A program made the position numbers and the translations under genes. Below are positions 16,783 through 26,616 of a DNA stretch of 64,000 nucleotides, piece after piece. The DNA is from an uncultured Actinomyces sp. Its GTDB lineage: Bacteria > Actinomycetota > Actinomycetes > S36-B12. The notes beneath the pieces were generated by a model. The model was given only the letters and a program-made list of their open reading frames with translations. It was not told the origin of the DNA and searched no databases. Positions within the stretch are counted from its first letter, which is position 1. The number at the start of each line of letters is the position of its first letter. The stretch is from positions 9,316-73,315 of the forward strand of contig CAZICY010000004.1 in NCBI GenBank assembly GCA_964537955.1. The letters are read 5' to 3'.

Positions 16783-19454
16783 CCGACTCCGCCTCCCTGC
16801 CCGTCGACTCGGCCGAGCCGCCCCTGTCGGGCGCGCCTGCCCGCAAGCGCCGCCGCTGGCCCTGGGTCCTGGGGATCCTCGCGATCATCCTCGTGCTCAT
16901 CCTCGCCACGCTCTCGTCCTTCCTGCAGTGGACCGTCAAGCGCAGCTGGCCGCAGACCAGCGGCACCATCGCGGTGGCGGGCCTGGGCGCGCCGGTCGAG
17001 GTCGTGCGCGACGAGCTCGGAATCCCCACGATCTACGGCGACAGCCTCGCGGACCTGATGTTCGCGCAGGGCTACGTGCACGCCCAGGATCGCTTCTGGG
17101 AGATGGACGTGCGTCGCCACATCACCGCCGGGCGCCTTTCGGAGATGTTCGGCGAGAGCCAGGTGCCGACCGATGCCTTCCTGCGCACCCTGGGCTGGCG
17201 GCGCATCGCCGAGCAGGAGGTGCCGCTGCTGGGCGACACGTCGCGCCTGATGCTCGACTCCTACTCCGCGGGCGTCAACGCCTATCTCGAGGGCCGCGCC
17301 AAGTCGGACGTCAGCCTCGAGTACGCCGTGCTGGGGCTGACCAACCCCGGCTACCAGATCGAGCAGTGGACTCCGGCCGACTCGGTCGCTTGGCTCAAGG
17401 CTCTCGCCTGGGACCTGCGCGGCAACATGACCGACGAGATCTACCGCGTCGTCCTGGCGTCGGCGACCTCGGTGGAGCAGGCCGAGCAGGTCTTCCCGCC
17501 GTACCCCTATGACCGCAACCGTCCGATCGTCGAGGGCGGGAGCGTCACCGGCGAGGCTTACGAGCCCGCAGCGGTGGAGCCGACGGCTGCGGCGGCAGCG
17601 ATGCGCGTCGCGCCCGAGGAGGTGCCCGGTATCGCGGAGACGATGCAGGATGTGCTCGCGGCGTCCGCGCTGCTCGATCCCTGGCTCGCGCCCGCCGGCA
17701 AGGGCATCGGCTCCAACTCCTGGGCGGTCGACGGTCGCCACACGACGACGGGCAAGCCGATCCTCGCCAACGACCCGCACCTCGCGCCGAGCATGCCGAG
17801 CCTGTGGTACCAGGCCAACCTGCGCTGTCGCCCCGAGGCACCGGACTGCGCGGTCAACGTCGGTGGCTGGACCATGGCCGGCCTGCCCGGCGTCTTCATC
17901 GGCCACACCGATCGCTTCGCCTGGGGATTCACGAACACCGGCCCCGACGTCACCGATCTCGTCCTCACCAAGGTCGAGGGCGATGCCTACGAGTACGACG
18001 GCGAGCTCGTGCCGCTCGAGGTGCGCACCGAGCGCATCCAGGTGGCCGGCGGGAATCCGGTCGACATCACGATCCGCTCCACCGAGTCGGGTCCGATCAT
18101 CTCCGACGTCATCGAGGCCGGCGAGAACTACGCGACCATCGGCGCTGAGGCTCCCGTGCCTGCGCCGGGCTATGCGGATGCGGGCGATCCGGGCGCAGGA
18201 TCTGGCGCCGCGGGGAGCGACTACGCCGTCGCACTGCGGTGGACTGCGCTGGAGCCCGGCACGACCTTCGATGCCTTCGCGCTGCTCAACGACGCCGAGG
18301 ACTTCCAGGCCTTCCGCGAGGCGGCAGCGATCCTCGAAGTCCCCGCGCAGAACCTCCTCTATGCCGATGTGGACGGCAACATCGGCTACCAGATGCCCGG
18401 CCTGATCCCGGTGCGCAAGGGCTACGACGGCAAGTGGCCGGTGCCCGGCTGGTCCAGCGAGCTCGGCTGGGACGGCCACATCCCCTTCGAGGCGCTGCCG
18501 TGGGCATACAACCCGCCGGAGGGCTGGATCGTCACCGCCAACCAGGCCGTCATCGGCCCGGACTATCCCTACTTCATCACCGACGACTGGTCCTACGGCG
18601 CGCGTAGCCAGCGCATCGTCGACCTCATCACGTCGCAGATCGAGCAGGGCCGCGCCTTCACTGTGGCCGACATGCAGGCGCTGCAGATGGACAACTGGAG
18701 CGCGAACGCCGACTTCCTGGTGCCTCGCCTTGCCGAGATGCCGGTGCAGGAGGCGACGCGGGCCGCTATGGCACTGCTCGATGGTTGGGACTACCAGCAG
18801 GGGATCGATTCGGCGCCCGCGGCGTACTTCAATGCCTTCTGGCGCCAGCTGATCACGCGCATGTTCGACTCCAAGACGGGCACAAAGATCACGTCTGCTA
18901 GCGGGGATGACCAGTTCTTCGAGGTGATGCGCACGCTGTGGGACCGCCCGGACGATCCCTGGTGGGACGACCCGCTCACCGCGCAGACGGAGGGCCGTGA
19001 CGCCGTCGTCACCGCGAGCCTCGACGCGGCGTACCAGGACATGGTCGCGCTGCAGGGCGGCGATCCCGCCTCCTGGCGCTGGGGCGCGCTGCACAATCTC
19101 CTGCTCGAGCACGGCACGCTCGGGGCCTCGGGGATCGCACCGATCGAGGCGCTGTTCAATCGCGGGCCCATCGACACCGCGGGAGGCAGTGGCATCGTCA
19201 ACGCGACCGGGTGGACCCCGAGTGAGGGCTTCGAGGTGACCTGGGTGCCGAGCATGCGCCAGGTCGTCGATCTCGCGGACTTCGACAACTCCACCTGGGT
19301 CAACCTCACCGGCAATAGCGGCCACGCCTTCAATCCGAACTACGAGGATCAGGTGGACGCCTGGCAGTCGGGCGCGCAGTTCCCGTGGGCGTGGAGCGCG
19401 GAGGCGGTCGATCAGGTGCAGGAGGCGGCGCTCACGCTCACTCCGGCGGACTAG
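16779..19454 (+). CDS. Penicillin acylase-family Ntn-hydrolase (penicillin/AHL/cephalosporin acylase-like)
   Basis: GTG at 16779 overlaps the tetR stop (GTGA). It has an N-terminal TM anchor, FAQGYVHAQDRFWEMD, and the beta-chain nucleophile context GKGIGSNSWAV. Confidence 0.8.
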   Translation: MTDSASLPVDSAEPPLSGAPARKRRRWPWVLGILAIILVLILATLSSFLQWTVKRSWPQTSGTIAVAGLGAPVEVVRDELGIPTIYGDSLADLMFAQGYVHAQDRFWEMDVRRHITAGRLSEMFGESQVPTDAFLRTLGWRRIAEQEVPLLGDTSRLMLDSYSAGVNAYLEGRAKSDVSLEYAVLGLTNPGYQIEQWTPADSVAWLKALAWDLRGNMTDEIYRVVLASATSVEQAEQVFPPYPYDRNRPIVEGGSVTGEAYEPAAVEPTAAAAAMRVAPEEVPGIAETMQDVLAASALLDPWLAPAGKGIGSNSWAVDGRHTTTGKPILANDPHLAPSMPSLWYQANLRCRPEAPDCAVNVGGWTMAGLPGVFIGHTDRFAWGFTNTGPDVTDLVLTKVEGDAYEYDGELVPLEVRTERIQVAGGNPVDITIRSTESGPIISDVIEAGENYATIGAEAPVPAPGYADAGDPGAGSGAAGSDYAVALRWTALEPGTTFDAFALLNDAEDFQAFREAAAILEVPAQNLLYADVDGNIGYQMPGLIPVRKGYDGKWPVPGWSSELGWDGHIPFEALPWAYNPPEGWIVTANQAVIGPDYPYFITDDWSYGARSQRIVDLITSQIEQGRAFTVADMQALQMDNWSANADFLVPRLAEMPVQEATRAAMALLDGWDYQQGIDSAPAAYFNAFWRQLITRMFDSKTGTKITSASGDDQFFEVMRTLWDRPDDPWWDDPLTAQTEGRDAVVTASLDAAYQDMVALQGGDPASWRWGALHNLLLEHGTLGASGIAPIEALFNRGPIDTAGGSGIVNATGWTPSEGFEVTWVPSMRQVVDLADFDNSTWVNLTGNSGHAFNPNYEDQVDAWQSGAQFPWAWSAEAVDQVQEAALTLTPAD

Positions 19455-19469
19455 GCCTGGTGGTGCATC

Positions 19470-19531
19470 GCCGAGTGGGCAGTTGTGGAGGCGACACGCC
19501 GGGGAAACCATTCGACAACTGCCCACTCGGC
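19470..19531. terminator. 17-bp perfect inverted repeat (GCCGAGTGGGCAGTTGT…ACAACTGCCCACTCGGC), 28-nt loop
   Basis: Lies between convergent genes that end at 19454 (+) and 19537 (-). It could act as a bidirectional terminator or a protein-binding palindrome. Confidence 0.45.
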
Positions 19532-19536
19532 GAGGG

Positions 19537-19800
19537 TCAACGCTGTGCGGGGCGACGACGCATTCCCGCGGCGTAGAGGGCCAGCACGATCTCGCGACTC
19601 GTCACGACGAGGGCTCCCTCCTCGATCGCCACCGGGCGCGCCTCCTCGGGAATGTCGTAGTGGTCACCCTGGAAGGCACGACGCGGCACGCCGATCCACT
19701 CGGCAAAGGCATGCAGCTCGTCGAGGGAGTGATCGCTCACGAGGTGGCACCACAGGCGCCCGCGCCAGTGCCAGTGGGCTTCGTCGAGGAGCAGGGCCAC
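19537..19800 (-). CDS. DUF4031-family protein
   Basis: 87 aa. HWHWRGRLWCHLVSDHSLDELHAFAEWIGVPRRAFQGDHYDIP matches the DUF4031 pattern as I recall it. Confidence 0.6.
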   Translation of the reverse strand: MALLLDEAHWHWRGRLWCHLVSDHSLDELHAFAEWIGVPRRAFQGDHYDIPEEARPVAIEEGALVVTSREIVLALYAAGMRRRPAQR

Positions 19801-19809
19801 GGATTGAGG

Positions 19810-20559
19810 CTAGTCCGTCGCACCCACCCAGCACAGGGCCGCGAGGTAGGCGCGGACGCTGATGTTGACCCACAGCAGCAGCGTGAAGATGAGCACGATG
19901 CCCGCGGACACGTTGGGATTGATGAGGGCGCCGACATAGGTATAGAGCAGGAAGAAGTTGGCGCCCACCACGATGGCCGCGACGATCCCGGCCGCGACGA
20001 GCGAACGCGGCGGCAGATGGCCGAGGACCAGGCGCACCACGAGCAGCACGCCGGCCGCGACGATGAGCAGGCTCGCCAGCACCGCGAAGACCTTGCCGAG
20101 GTCGATGGCGGCGGGTGAGATGTCGCGGCCCAGCAGCGTGAGCCAGGCACGCTGCCGGATCGTCGTCGCGAGCGTGAGTAGCCAGGTGCTGAAGATCCCC
20201 ACGGCAAGCGCGATGCTCACGGCCACGGTGCGCACCGAGAGCAGGCGCACTGCACTCGCCTGCTCCCCGAGGAGCGCGCGGTGACTCCCCTGGCGCAGCG
20301 CGTGCCCGGTGGCCAGGGCCGAGACGACGAGAGTGAGTACGCCGATCACGCTCACGACAGACGCGCTTGTGCGCGAGAAGGCTCCCTGCGCAAGTGCCCC
20401 GAGGTCGACGTCGGCACCCACGCTGGCCGTGGGGATGAGGATCTCGTTGGTGCCCGCGATGAGATCGGTCACCCGCGTGAAGACATAGAGGAAGGCCACC
20501 ATGAGCATGACGGCGAGGAAGAGGCCCCTGCCGACGACGCGCAAGGCGGGATACTCCAT
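19810..20559 (-). CDS. YihY/BrkB-like polytopic membrane protein
   Basis: About 6 TM helices. The C-terminal …IVLIFTLLLWVNISVRAYLAALCW resembles the YihY family end. The start is uncertain: ATG 20559 is chosen, ATG 20613 is the alternative. The track N-terminus is Arg-rich junk. Confidence 0.45.
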   Translation of the reverse strand: MEYPALRVVGRGLFLAVMLMVAFLYVFTRVTDLIAGTNEILIPTASVGADVDLGALAQGAFSRTSASVVSVIGVLTLVVSALATGHALRQGSHRALLGEQASAVRLLSVRTVAVSIALAVGIFSTWLLTLATTIRQRAWLTLLGRDISPAAIDLGKVFAVLASLLIVAAGVLLVVRLVLGHLPPRSLVAAGIVAAIVVGANFFLLYTYVGALINPNVSAGIVLIFTLLLWVNISVRAYLAALCWVGATD

Positions 20560-20700
20560 GTCGAGTCCCCGGTAGCGCGACACCGTCGAGGTGAGCCACC
20601 CGGGACCGCGCATGCCCTGAGAGTAGGCGAGTCCGGTCCGGAACCGGGGTGCTCGACGCGAACCCCTGACGCAGCCCTCCCGGGCGCCTACCATCGAAAG

Positions 20701-21642
20701 ATGCGCCGATTCCCCCTCCTCGTCGCTCCCGCCGCCCTCGTCCTCGCCGCGTGCGGCGGAGGCGATACGACGACGACGTCCTCGGCCACGCCGGAGGCGA
20801 GCTCCGCTCCTGCGCAAACATCGTCCGCCGCGCCGTCGCCGACCGCGGAGGCATCAACATCCGCGCCTGCTCCGGTGGGCGCTCTGTTTGTCGATGTGGT
20901 GGATGAAGCGCTCACTCCCTACGCCGCCCTCATCGGCCAGCCCGCGCAGGCAGCTGACCTCGCATCGGGACTGCCGTTCTTCGACGGTGACGTGCCCCTG
21001 CCCAGCGGCACCATCGTGGGCGCGGCGCGCGAGGTCGAGACGTGGGGCGACACGCTGGACGCTGCCCAGCATCTGGGTATCGACGTTGCCCCCGACGACG
21101 CTGCCCTCGAGGACTACGGCGCGGCAGCACCTGCAGGCTGGGCGTACAACTCGATCTCCACGACCGATTCCAGCAGCACCCTGGTGATGACGCGCGACAG
21201 CGACGGCCTGCGGATCGTCTTCATGGCGTCCAAGGACCCCGATCCCGGGGTGCCCCCCGCGCAGTTCTCGCTCGAGGCCGATGCCTCGGAGATCCCGCAG
21301 CCCGCGTGGCTCGCCTCGCTGCCCGTGCCATCAGGCGGCGAGATCACCGCGGTGGGCGAGGGCATCGGCGAGGTAGAGGTCAACTACTTCCCCGCAGTCA
21401 ACGGCCTGGTCACGGCCACATGGCGCTTCCCCGGAGACCAGCTCGAGTCGCTCCAGGAGTACTACGCCGGGGGTGCGCTGGAGGAGGCTGGCTTCGCCCT
21501 CGTGGACCCCGACGCGATCCGCGTGGGCGCGTCGTACTTCGACGTGACCGCGGGCGACTGGACCGGGCAGGTCATCGTCGGGGAGGTCATCGACGGGGAG
21601 GATTCCTTCGCGAGCGTGCAGTGGTTCCTCACCCGCGCGTGA
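20701..21642 (+). CDS. Lipoprotein, unknown function
   Basis: Internal ATG at 20701. Signal MRRFPLLVAPAALVLAAC with a lipobox, then a Ser/Thr/Ala-rich linker and a globular domain. Confidence 0.6.
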   Translation: MRRFPLLVAPAALVLAACGGGDTTTTSSATPEASSAPAQTSSAAPSPTAEASTSAPAPVGALFVDVVDEALTPYAALIGQPAQAADLASGLPFFDGDVPLPSGTIVGAAREVETWGDTLDAAQHLGIDVAPDDAALEDYGAAAPAGWAYNSISTTDSSSTLVMTRDSDGLRIVFMASKDPDPGVPPAQFSLEADASEIPQPAWLASLPVPSGGEITAVGEGIGEVEVNYFPAVNGLVTATWRFPGDQLESLQEYYAGGALEEAGFALVDPDAIRVGASYFDVTAGDWTGQVIVGEVIDGEDSFASVQWFLTRA

Positions 21643-21660
21643 GTGCGGAATGATGCCGGG

Positions 21661-21945
21661 ATGAAGGAACTCAGCCCCCTGCGCCGCACCATCGGTCTCG
21701 TCCTCATCATGATCGGCGGGTTCTGGGCCGCCATCTCCCTCGGCTTCCTCGAGGAGAGCTTCATGACGGGCCAGCCCGTCTACACCGTGCTCGGTGCCCT
21801 CGTGGCTCTCGCGGGCGTCCTCGTCCTCGTCGTGCGCCCCAAGGAGCCCGGGCTGATCGAGGAGCCCGGGTCGACTGAGGAGCCCGTGCCAGCTGACAAC
21901 GACGCCGACCCGGACCCCGGCGCTGGAGCAGAACCCAAGCCCTAG
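21661..21945 (+). CDS. Small two-TM membrane protein with acidic/Pro-rich tail
   Basis: MKELSPLRRTIGLVLIMIGGFWAAISLGF… and …VYTVLGALVALAGVLVLVV. ATG 21661 is preferred over 21643. Confidence 0.45.
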   Translation: MKELSPLRRTIGLVLIMIGGFWAAISLGFLEESFMTGQPVYTVLGALVALAGVLVLVVRPKEPGLIEEPGSTEEPVPADNDADPDPGAGAEPKP

Positions 21946-22006
21946 AGTCGGGCGCGCGGCGCGCGCAGGGTGCGCGAGGGCGCTGCTGCGAAGTGAGGGG
22001 ATATCC

Positions 22007-22570
22007 ATGAGGAAGCTGATTGGAATCGCGGCCAGCGTCGCGTTGGCGGGGGCCTTCCTGGTCCCGACGGCGTCCGTCGCAACGGCTGCGGAGGCCAAGT
22101 CCATCGGCGTCACGGCGATTCGCGTCAACTACGACGTCACGAAGGCTCTCCTGGGCGCCAATGTCTACGTCAACGGCGAGGATCCCAGCGGGAGCACGAT
22201 CATCGCCCCGGGCAAGCTCGCCGTGGAGTTCCCTGTCTCGGGTGTGAAGAACGGCAAGGCCTCGCACCTGGGCGAGCTCTTCTTGTCGCATACGGGCGCC
22301 ATGGGCTGGCGCACGGTCGTGGTGAGCAACCTGACCGCCGACCTCGGCAAGGGCACGCTCAAGGGCCGCGTCTATTCGCTCGACAGCGACCTGGGCACCT
22401 ACACGATCTTCACGCTGACCAAGGTCAAGACCTCCGGGAGCACCTCGAGCTACACGGTGAAGCTCGCTCCGGGCGTGGCCAGCCTGCTCAATTCCGCGCT
22501 CGGCACGCATGTCTTCAGCGACGGCATGCGCATCGGCTCGGGCGCCACGACCGTCTTCCCCGAGCAGTAG
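22007..22570 (+). CDS. Secreted protein, unknown function
   Basis: Sec signal MRKLIGIAASVALAGAFLVPTASVATAAEA. Beta-rich composition. A GGGGATATCC-type RBS region lies upstream. Confidence 0.55.
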   Translation: MRKLIGIAASVALAGAFLVPTASVATAAEAKSIGVTAIRVNYDVTKALLGANVYVNGEDPSGSTIIAPGKLAVEFPVSGVKNGKASHLGELFLSHTGAMGWRTVVVSNLTADLGKGTLKGRVYSLDSDLGTYTIFTLTKVKTSGSTSSYTVKLAPGVASLLNSALGTHVFSDGMRIGSGATTVFPEQ

Positions 22571-22585
22571 ACGGCGACGTCACCC

Positions 22586-22987
22586 ATGGATTCCCTGCTC
22601 CTTGAGCTCTCCACGGGTGGACGACTCACGACCGACATCACCGCGGCCGCGGCGGATTTCTGCCGCGGCCGCGGTGACGGCCTGCTCCAGGTCTTCGTGC
22701 CCCATGCCACCGCGGGCGTCGCGATCTTCGAGACCGGAGCGGGATCCGAGGAGGACCTCGAGCTCACGCTCGAATCCCTGCTCCCGCGTGGAGCGGCGTA
22801 CCTGCACCGACACGGGTCACCGGGCCACGGTCGCGATCACGTGCTGCCCGCGCTGGTGGCGCCGAGCATCACCGTCCCGGTGCTCGACGGCCGGATGCAG
22901 TTGGGCACATGGCAGAGCGTCGTCCTGGTCGATCCCAACGCCGACAACCCCGATCGTCAGGTGCGACTGTCCTTCCTGGCGGGTTAG
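22586..22987 (+). CDS. YjbQ/UPF0047-family protein (secondary thiamine-phosphate synthase-like)
   Basis: 133 aa. …GLLQVFVPHATAGVAIFE…GHGRDHVLPALVAPSITVPVLDGRMQLGTWQSVVLVD is the YjbQ signature. Confidence 0.75.
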   Translation: MDSLLLELSTGGRLTTDITAAAADFCRGRGDGLLQVFVPHATAGVAIFETGAGSEEDLELTLESLLPRGAAYLHRHGSPGHGRDHVLPALVAPSITVPVLDGRMQLGTWQSVVLVDPNADNPDRQVRLSFLAG

Positions 22988-22993
22988 GGCCGG

Positions 22994-24388
22994 TCAGGGC
23001 TCGGCGCGCTCGAGGCGGAATCCGCTCGTGTCGCCGGGGAGCAGTGCTTGAGCGCTCACGCGAGTCCAGGTCGCGTCCGCCGGCCCTCCTGCGGGCGCCG
23101 ATGTCGTCACGGGGAGGAGTCGGAAGGGGAAGTCGTCGTTGACGATGGCGTAGCCCACCGCCTCCACGCCGGCAAAGCGGCCGTCGGCCTTCTCGGTGAA
23201 GGTGAACGTCGTCAGCAGCCCGTCTCCCGTGCGCGGATCTTTGCGCGATTGCGCAGAGAGCAGATTGCCGTGCCCGTAGGCGACCCACATGTCGCCGACC
23301 TTCGTCACCGGCTGGACGACGTGCGCGTGATGTCCGAGGACGAGGTCAACGAGTCCCGACTCGGCGAGCTCGTCGATCACGGTGCGCTGCTCAGCCGTGG
23401 GTGCGGCGATGCCCTCGACGCCGTGATGCAACGACACCACGACGAGTCGGGCGCCGGCCTCGCGGGCGCGCTGGGCGGCTGCCGTGATGACCCCCGGCTC
23501 GATGAGGTTGCAGCACCAGTCCTGCGGGCGGGGGATGCCGTTGAAGCCGTAGGTGTAGGAGAGCAGGGCGACCGGGACGCCTTGGACGTCGATCAAGGTG
23601 GTGCGCTCGGCGTCGGCCTTCGACGCAGCAGAGCCCGCGTGTGCCAGTCCTGCACCCTCGAGGGCCTGGAGGGTGCTCACGACCCCGTCGAAGCCGCGAT
23701 TGAGCATGTGATTGCTGGCGGTGGAGCACGCATCGAACCCGATCTCGGCGACCGCGTCCGCAATCTGCGGGGGGCCGTAGGGAGGGTCTGGCCATGCGCT
23801 CCACGGGCCCTCGCGTGAGCCGAGCGCGTACTCCATGTGGCAGACGGCGAGATCAGCCGACTCGATGAGGGGGCGAATGCCTTCGAGCTGCGGCCTGAAG
23901 TCAGGCGTGCCGCCGCCATCGCTGATCGCCTGGGCGATGATCTCCTTGTGCAGGAGGATGTCGCCGACACCGGCGATCGTGATCGTGCGTCGCTCGGACC
24001 TGGGCACGAAGACCGCAGGCACGGCCTGCGCATCGGTCATGTCGGCGACCGCATCGGCGATGTCGAATCCTGCCGGATCCTGGGCGGCGTCGGCTTCGAG
24101 CTTGCGCTCTCCGGCGGAATGGTCATCTTGCTGCGCGAGCGATGACGTGGGAGCCGACGGAGTGACCGTGGGCGTGCTCGCGGCCGCGGGGGCTGTCCCC
24201 CCGAGGTTGGGATACCAGCCCACGATGAGCCCGGTGAGCAGGCTGGCGACGCCGAGCGCGGCGAGGTCCCGGGGGCGCGGCAGGCGCCAGCCGGCGTGAG
24301 CGTGGCGACCAGGGCCCGTCGGCCGGGCCGGTGTGCCCGCCCCCCGGGCTGGTGAGCCCGCCCCCCGGGGCGCCGCGTGCCTACCCAT
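22994..24388 (-). CDS. CapA-family (PGA_cap) metallophosphatase-like protein with N-terminal membrane anchor
   Basis: Start re-derived to ATG 24388 (MGRHAAPR…). ITIAGVGDILLH…, SLHHGVEG and GHHAHVVQP are CapA/metallophosphoesterase motifs. Confidence 0.7.
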   Translation of the reverse strand: MGRHAAPRGAGSPARGAGTPARPTGPGRHAHAGWRLPRPRDLAALGVASLLTGLIVGWYPNLGGTAPAAASTPTVTPSAPTSSLAQQDDHSAGERKLEADAAQDPAGFDIADAVADMTDAQAVPAVFVPRSERRTITIAGVGDILLHKEIIAQAISDGGGTPDFRPQLEGIRPLIESADLAVCHMEYALGSREGPWSAWPDPPYGPPQIADAVAEIGFDACSTASNHMLNRGFDGVVSTLQALEGAGLAHAGSAASKADAERTTLIDVQGVPVALLSYTYGFNGIPRPQDWCCNLIEPGVITAAAQRAREAGARLVVVSLHHGVEGIAAPTAEQRTVIDELAESGLVDLVLGHHAHVVQPVTKVGDMWVAYGHGNLLSAQSRKDPRTGDGLLTTFTFTEKADGRFAGVEAVGYAIVNDDFPFRLLPVTTSAPAGGPADATWTRVSAQALLPGDTSGFRLERAEP

Positions 24389-24512
24389 GGCACATGAGTA
24401 TCGGCAGTCACTGGCGTCACATGTGGGAGCCACGCGGGTGGTGGGGATCGTGAGGTGGCCACGGCGTGGTCTTCGAGCCTCGCCCGGGCCCTGTGCCAGG
24501 GTCGTATCTCCC

Positions 24513-26183
24513 ATGACCGCACTCGCCCAGGCACCCCGGACGCCGTACCTGCGCGACTGGCAGATCCGCGCGCTCCAGCGCTACGTCGAGGCCCACGCCC
24601 GCGACTTCCTCGTCACGGCCACGCCCGGTTCGGGCAAGACGACGTTCGCGCTGACCCTCGCGGGGCGCCTGCTCGCGCAGCGGGTCGTGCATCGCGTGAT
24701 CGTGGTCGTGCCCACCGATCACCTGCGTGGCCAGTGGGCCGATGCTGCGTCAGGCCTCGGCCTGTGGCTGGATCCCGACCTGCCCAATGCGGTCGGTCCG
24801 GTGCGCGAGGGCACGCTCGGCTACGTCGCCACCTACGCCCAGGTGGCCGCCAAGCCGATCCTGCACCGCAACCGCGCCGAGGCACGACCGAGCCTGGTGA
24901 TCATGGACGAGGTGCACCATGCGGGCGATGGACTCACCTGGGGCGATGGCCTGCGCGAGGCCTTCGACACCGCGAAGCGCCGGCTGGCCCTGAGCGGCAC
25001 GCCTTTCCGCACCAAGGCGGACGAGCGGATCCCCTTCGTCTCCTACGAGGTGGACGGCGACGAGGTGCGGTCGATGGCGGACTTCTCCTATTCCTATGGG
25101 GATGCGCTCGCCGATGGCGTCGTGCGACCAGTCGTGTTCGCCGCCTACACCGGGGTCTCCCGGTGGATGAACGACGCGGGCGATGCCTACGCCGCGACGC
25201 TCGGCAGCGGCAGCAAGAAGGACGAGGACAAGGCGTGGCGCACCGCGCTGTCGCCCACCGGCAGATGGGTCCCCCATGTCATCGCCGCGGTGGATGAGAG
25301 GGTGCGCGCGCAGCGCGCTGCGGGAATCGAGGATGCAGCCGGCATCATCCTCGCCAACGACCAGGAGACCGCGCGCGCCTATGCCGCCGTCGCCGCCCGC
25401 GTCACCGGCGAGGAGCCCGCCGTCGTCCTCTCCGAGGACCCCGATGCCTCCGAGCGCCTCACTGCCTTCACCCACGGCCGCACGCGGCTCGTCGTCTGCG
25501 TGCGCATGATCAGCGAGGGTGTCGACATCCCTCGCGCGACGACGCTGGGTTATCTCTGCTCAGCGCGCACGCCGCTCTTCTTCGCGCAGGCCGTGGGTCG
25601 TGTGGTGCGTGCCCGAGGCGCCCAGGAGACGGCGTCGGTCTATCTCCCCGCCGTGCGCCCCCTGCTGGCGCTCGCCGCGGAGATGGAGTCGGCGCGCAAC
25701 GCGGTCGTGCGTGTGAGCGCACGCGACGACCATGACCTCGACCCCGATGTCGAGCGGATCCCGGGCGAGGGCTTCACCGCGCTCGATGCCGACGCGCAGT
25801 TCGCCCACGTGCTCACCGCCGGGCGTGCGATCACGGCCGAGTCGCTCGAAATGGATGAGGAGTCCGCCGACTACCTCGGCCTGCCGGGTCTGCTCAGCCC
25901 GGAGGACATGGCGACCGTGCTCGCCGCCCGGGATGCGAAGCTGAGGCGCCAGGTTGCCGCGGTCACCGACGACGTGCCCTTCACTCCCGCGACGTGGCGT
26001 GACACGCAGGAGGTCCGCAAGGACATCCATCGCATGGTGAGCGTGCTCGCTGCGCGCACGGGCAAGCCGCACGGCCAGATCCACGCCGAACTCCGCGAGG
26101 TGATCCCGGGGGCACCGACCGCGGTCGCGGACTACGACACGCTGGTGGCGCGCCACGACCACCTCATGACCCTCGTGGTCTGA
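24513..26183 (+). CDS. Superfamily-2 DEAD/DEAH-box (DEVH) helicase, ResIII-like
   Basis: Start re-derived to ATG 24513. Walker A TPGSGKT, motif II MDEVHH, motif III LSGTPFR, motif VI QAVGRVVR. Confidence 0.75.
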   Translation: MTALAQAPRTPYLRDWQIRALQRYVEAHARDFLVTATPGSGKTTFALTLAGRLLAQRVVHRVIVVVPTDHLRGQWADAASGLGLWLDPDLPNAVGPVREGTLGYVATYAQVAAKPILHRNRAEARPSLVIMDEVHHAGDGLTWGDGLREAFDTAKRRLALSGTPFRTKADERIPFVSYEVDGDEVRSMADFSYSYGDALADGVVRPVVFAAYTGVSRWMNDAGDAYAATLGSGSKKDEDKAWRTALSPTGRWVPHVIAAVDERVRAQRAAGIEDAAGIILANDQETARAYAAVAARVTGEEPAVVLSEDPDASERLTAFTHGRTRLVVCVRMISEGVDIPRATTLGYLCSARTPLFFAQAVGRVVRARGAQETASVYLPAVRPLLALAAEMESARNAVVRVSARDDHDLDPDVERIPGEGFTALDADAQFAHVLTAGRAITAESLEMDEESADYLGLPGLLSPEDMATVLAARDAKLRRQVAAVTDDVPFTPATWRDTQEVRKDIHRMVSVLAARTGKPHGQIHAELREVIPGAPTAVADYDTLVARHDHLMTLVV

Positions 26184-26189
26184 GCACGC

Positions 26190-26513
26190 CTAGGGACGGG
26201 GCATGTCGGCGACCTGCACGTCGAAGCCCACGTCCTCGCCGTCGACTGTCTCGACAGTGATCGTGACGTCGTAGGTGTTGCCCAGTGCGGGATCCCCGAT
26301 GACGCAGACGATGGATGCGCCCACCTCCGCAGTCAGGTCGGACGGACACTCAAGCGGGGGCATCTCCTCGAGCGGGATGCCCTGCGACTCGGCGAGGGCG
26401 GCAGTGGCCTTCTCCTCGACCTCTGTCGACGAGAGCGAGGGGGTGCCGACGCTGACGGTGCATGCCGTCAGCGTGGCGATGCAGCAGGCGAGGGTGAGCA
26501 TGGGCATCTTCAT
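26190..26513 (-). CDS. DUF4333-like lipoprotein
   Basis: Signal MKMPMLTLACCIATLTAC (lipobox). …LECPSDLTAEVGASIVCVIGD…YDVTITVETVDG resembles DUF4333. Confidence 0.6.
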   Translation of the reverse strand: MKMPMLTLACCIATLTACTVSVGTPSLSSTEVEEKATAALAESQGIPLEEMPPLECPSDLTAEVGASIVCVIGDPALGNTYDVTITVETVDGEDVGFDVQVADMPRP

Positions 26514-26616
26514 GCAGACACGGTAGGTAGCCCGACGTGAACCCAGCCCCTGTGCGCGGTCGCACTTCGGTCATCGCTCGGTCATAGCCGAGTGACTGGT
26601 GAGCGTGGTGCACCGC

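Noticed and set aside
16425-19526. 1033-aa ORF on the minus strand, the longest in the track
   Set aside because: It is entirely antisense to the well-supported penicillin-acylase CDS. The translation is Arg/Gly/Ala/Pro-rich with no recognisable motifs, which is the typical high-GC shadow ORF.
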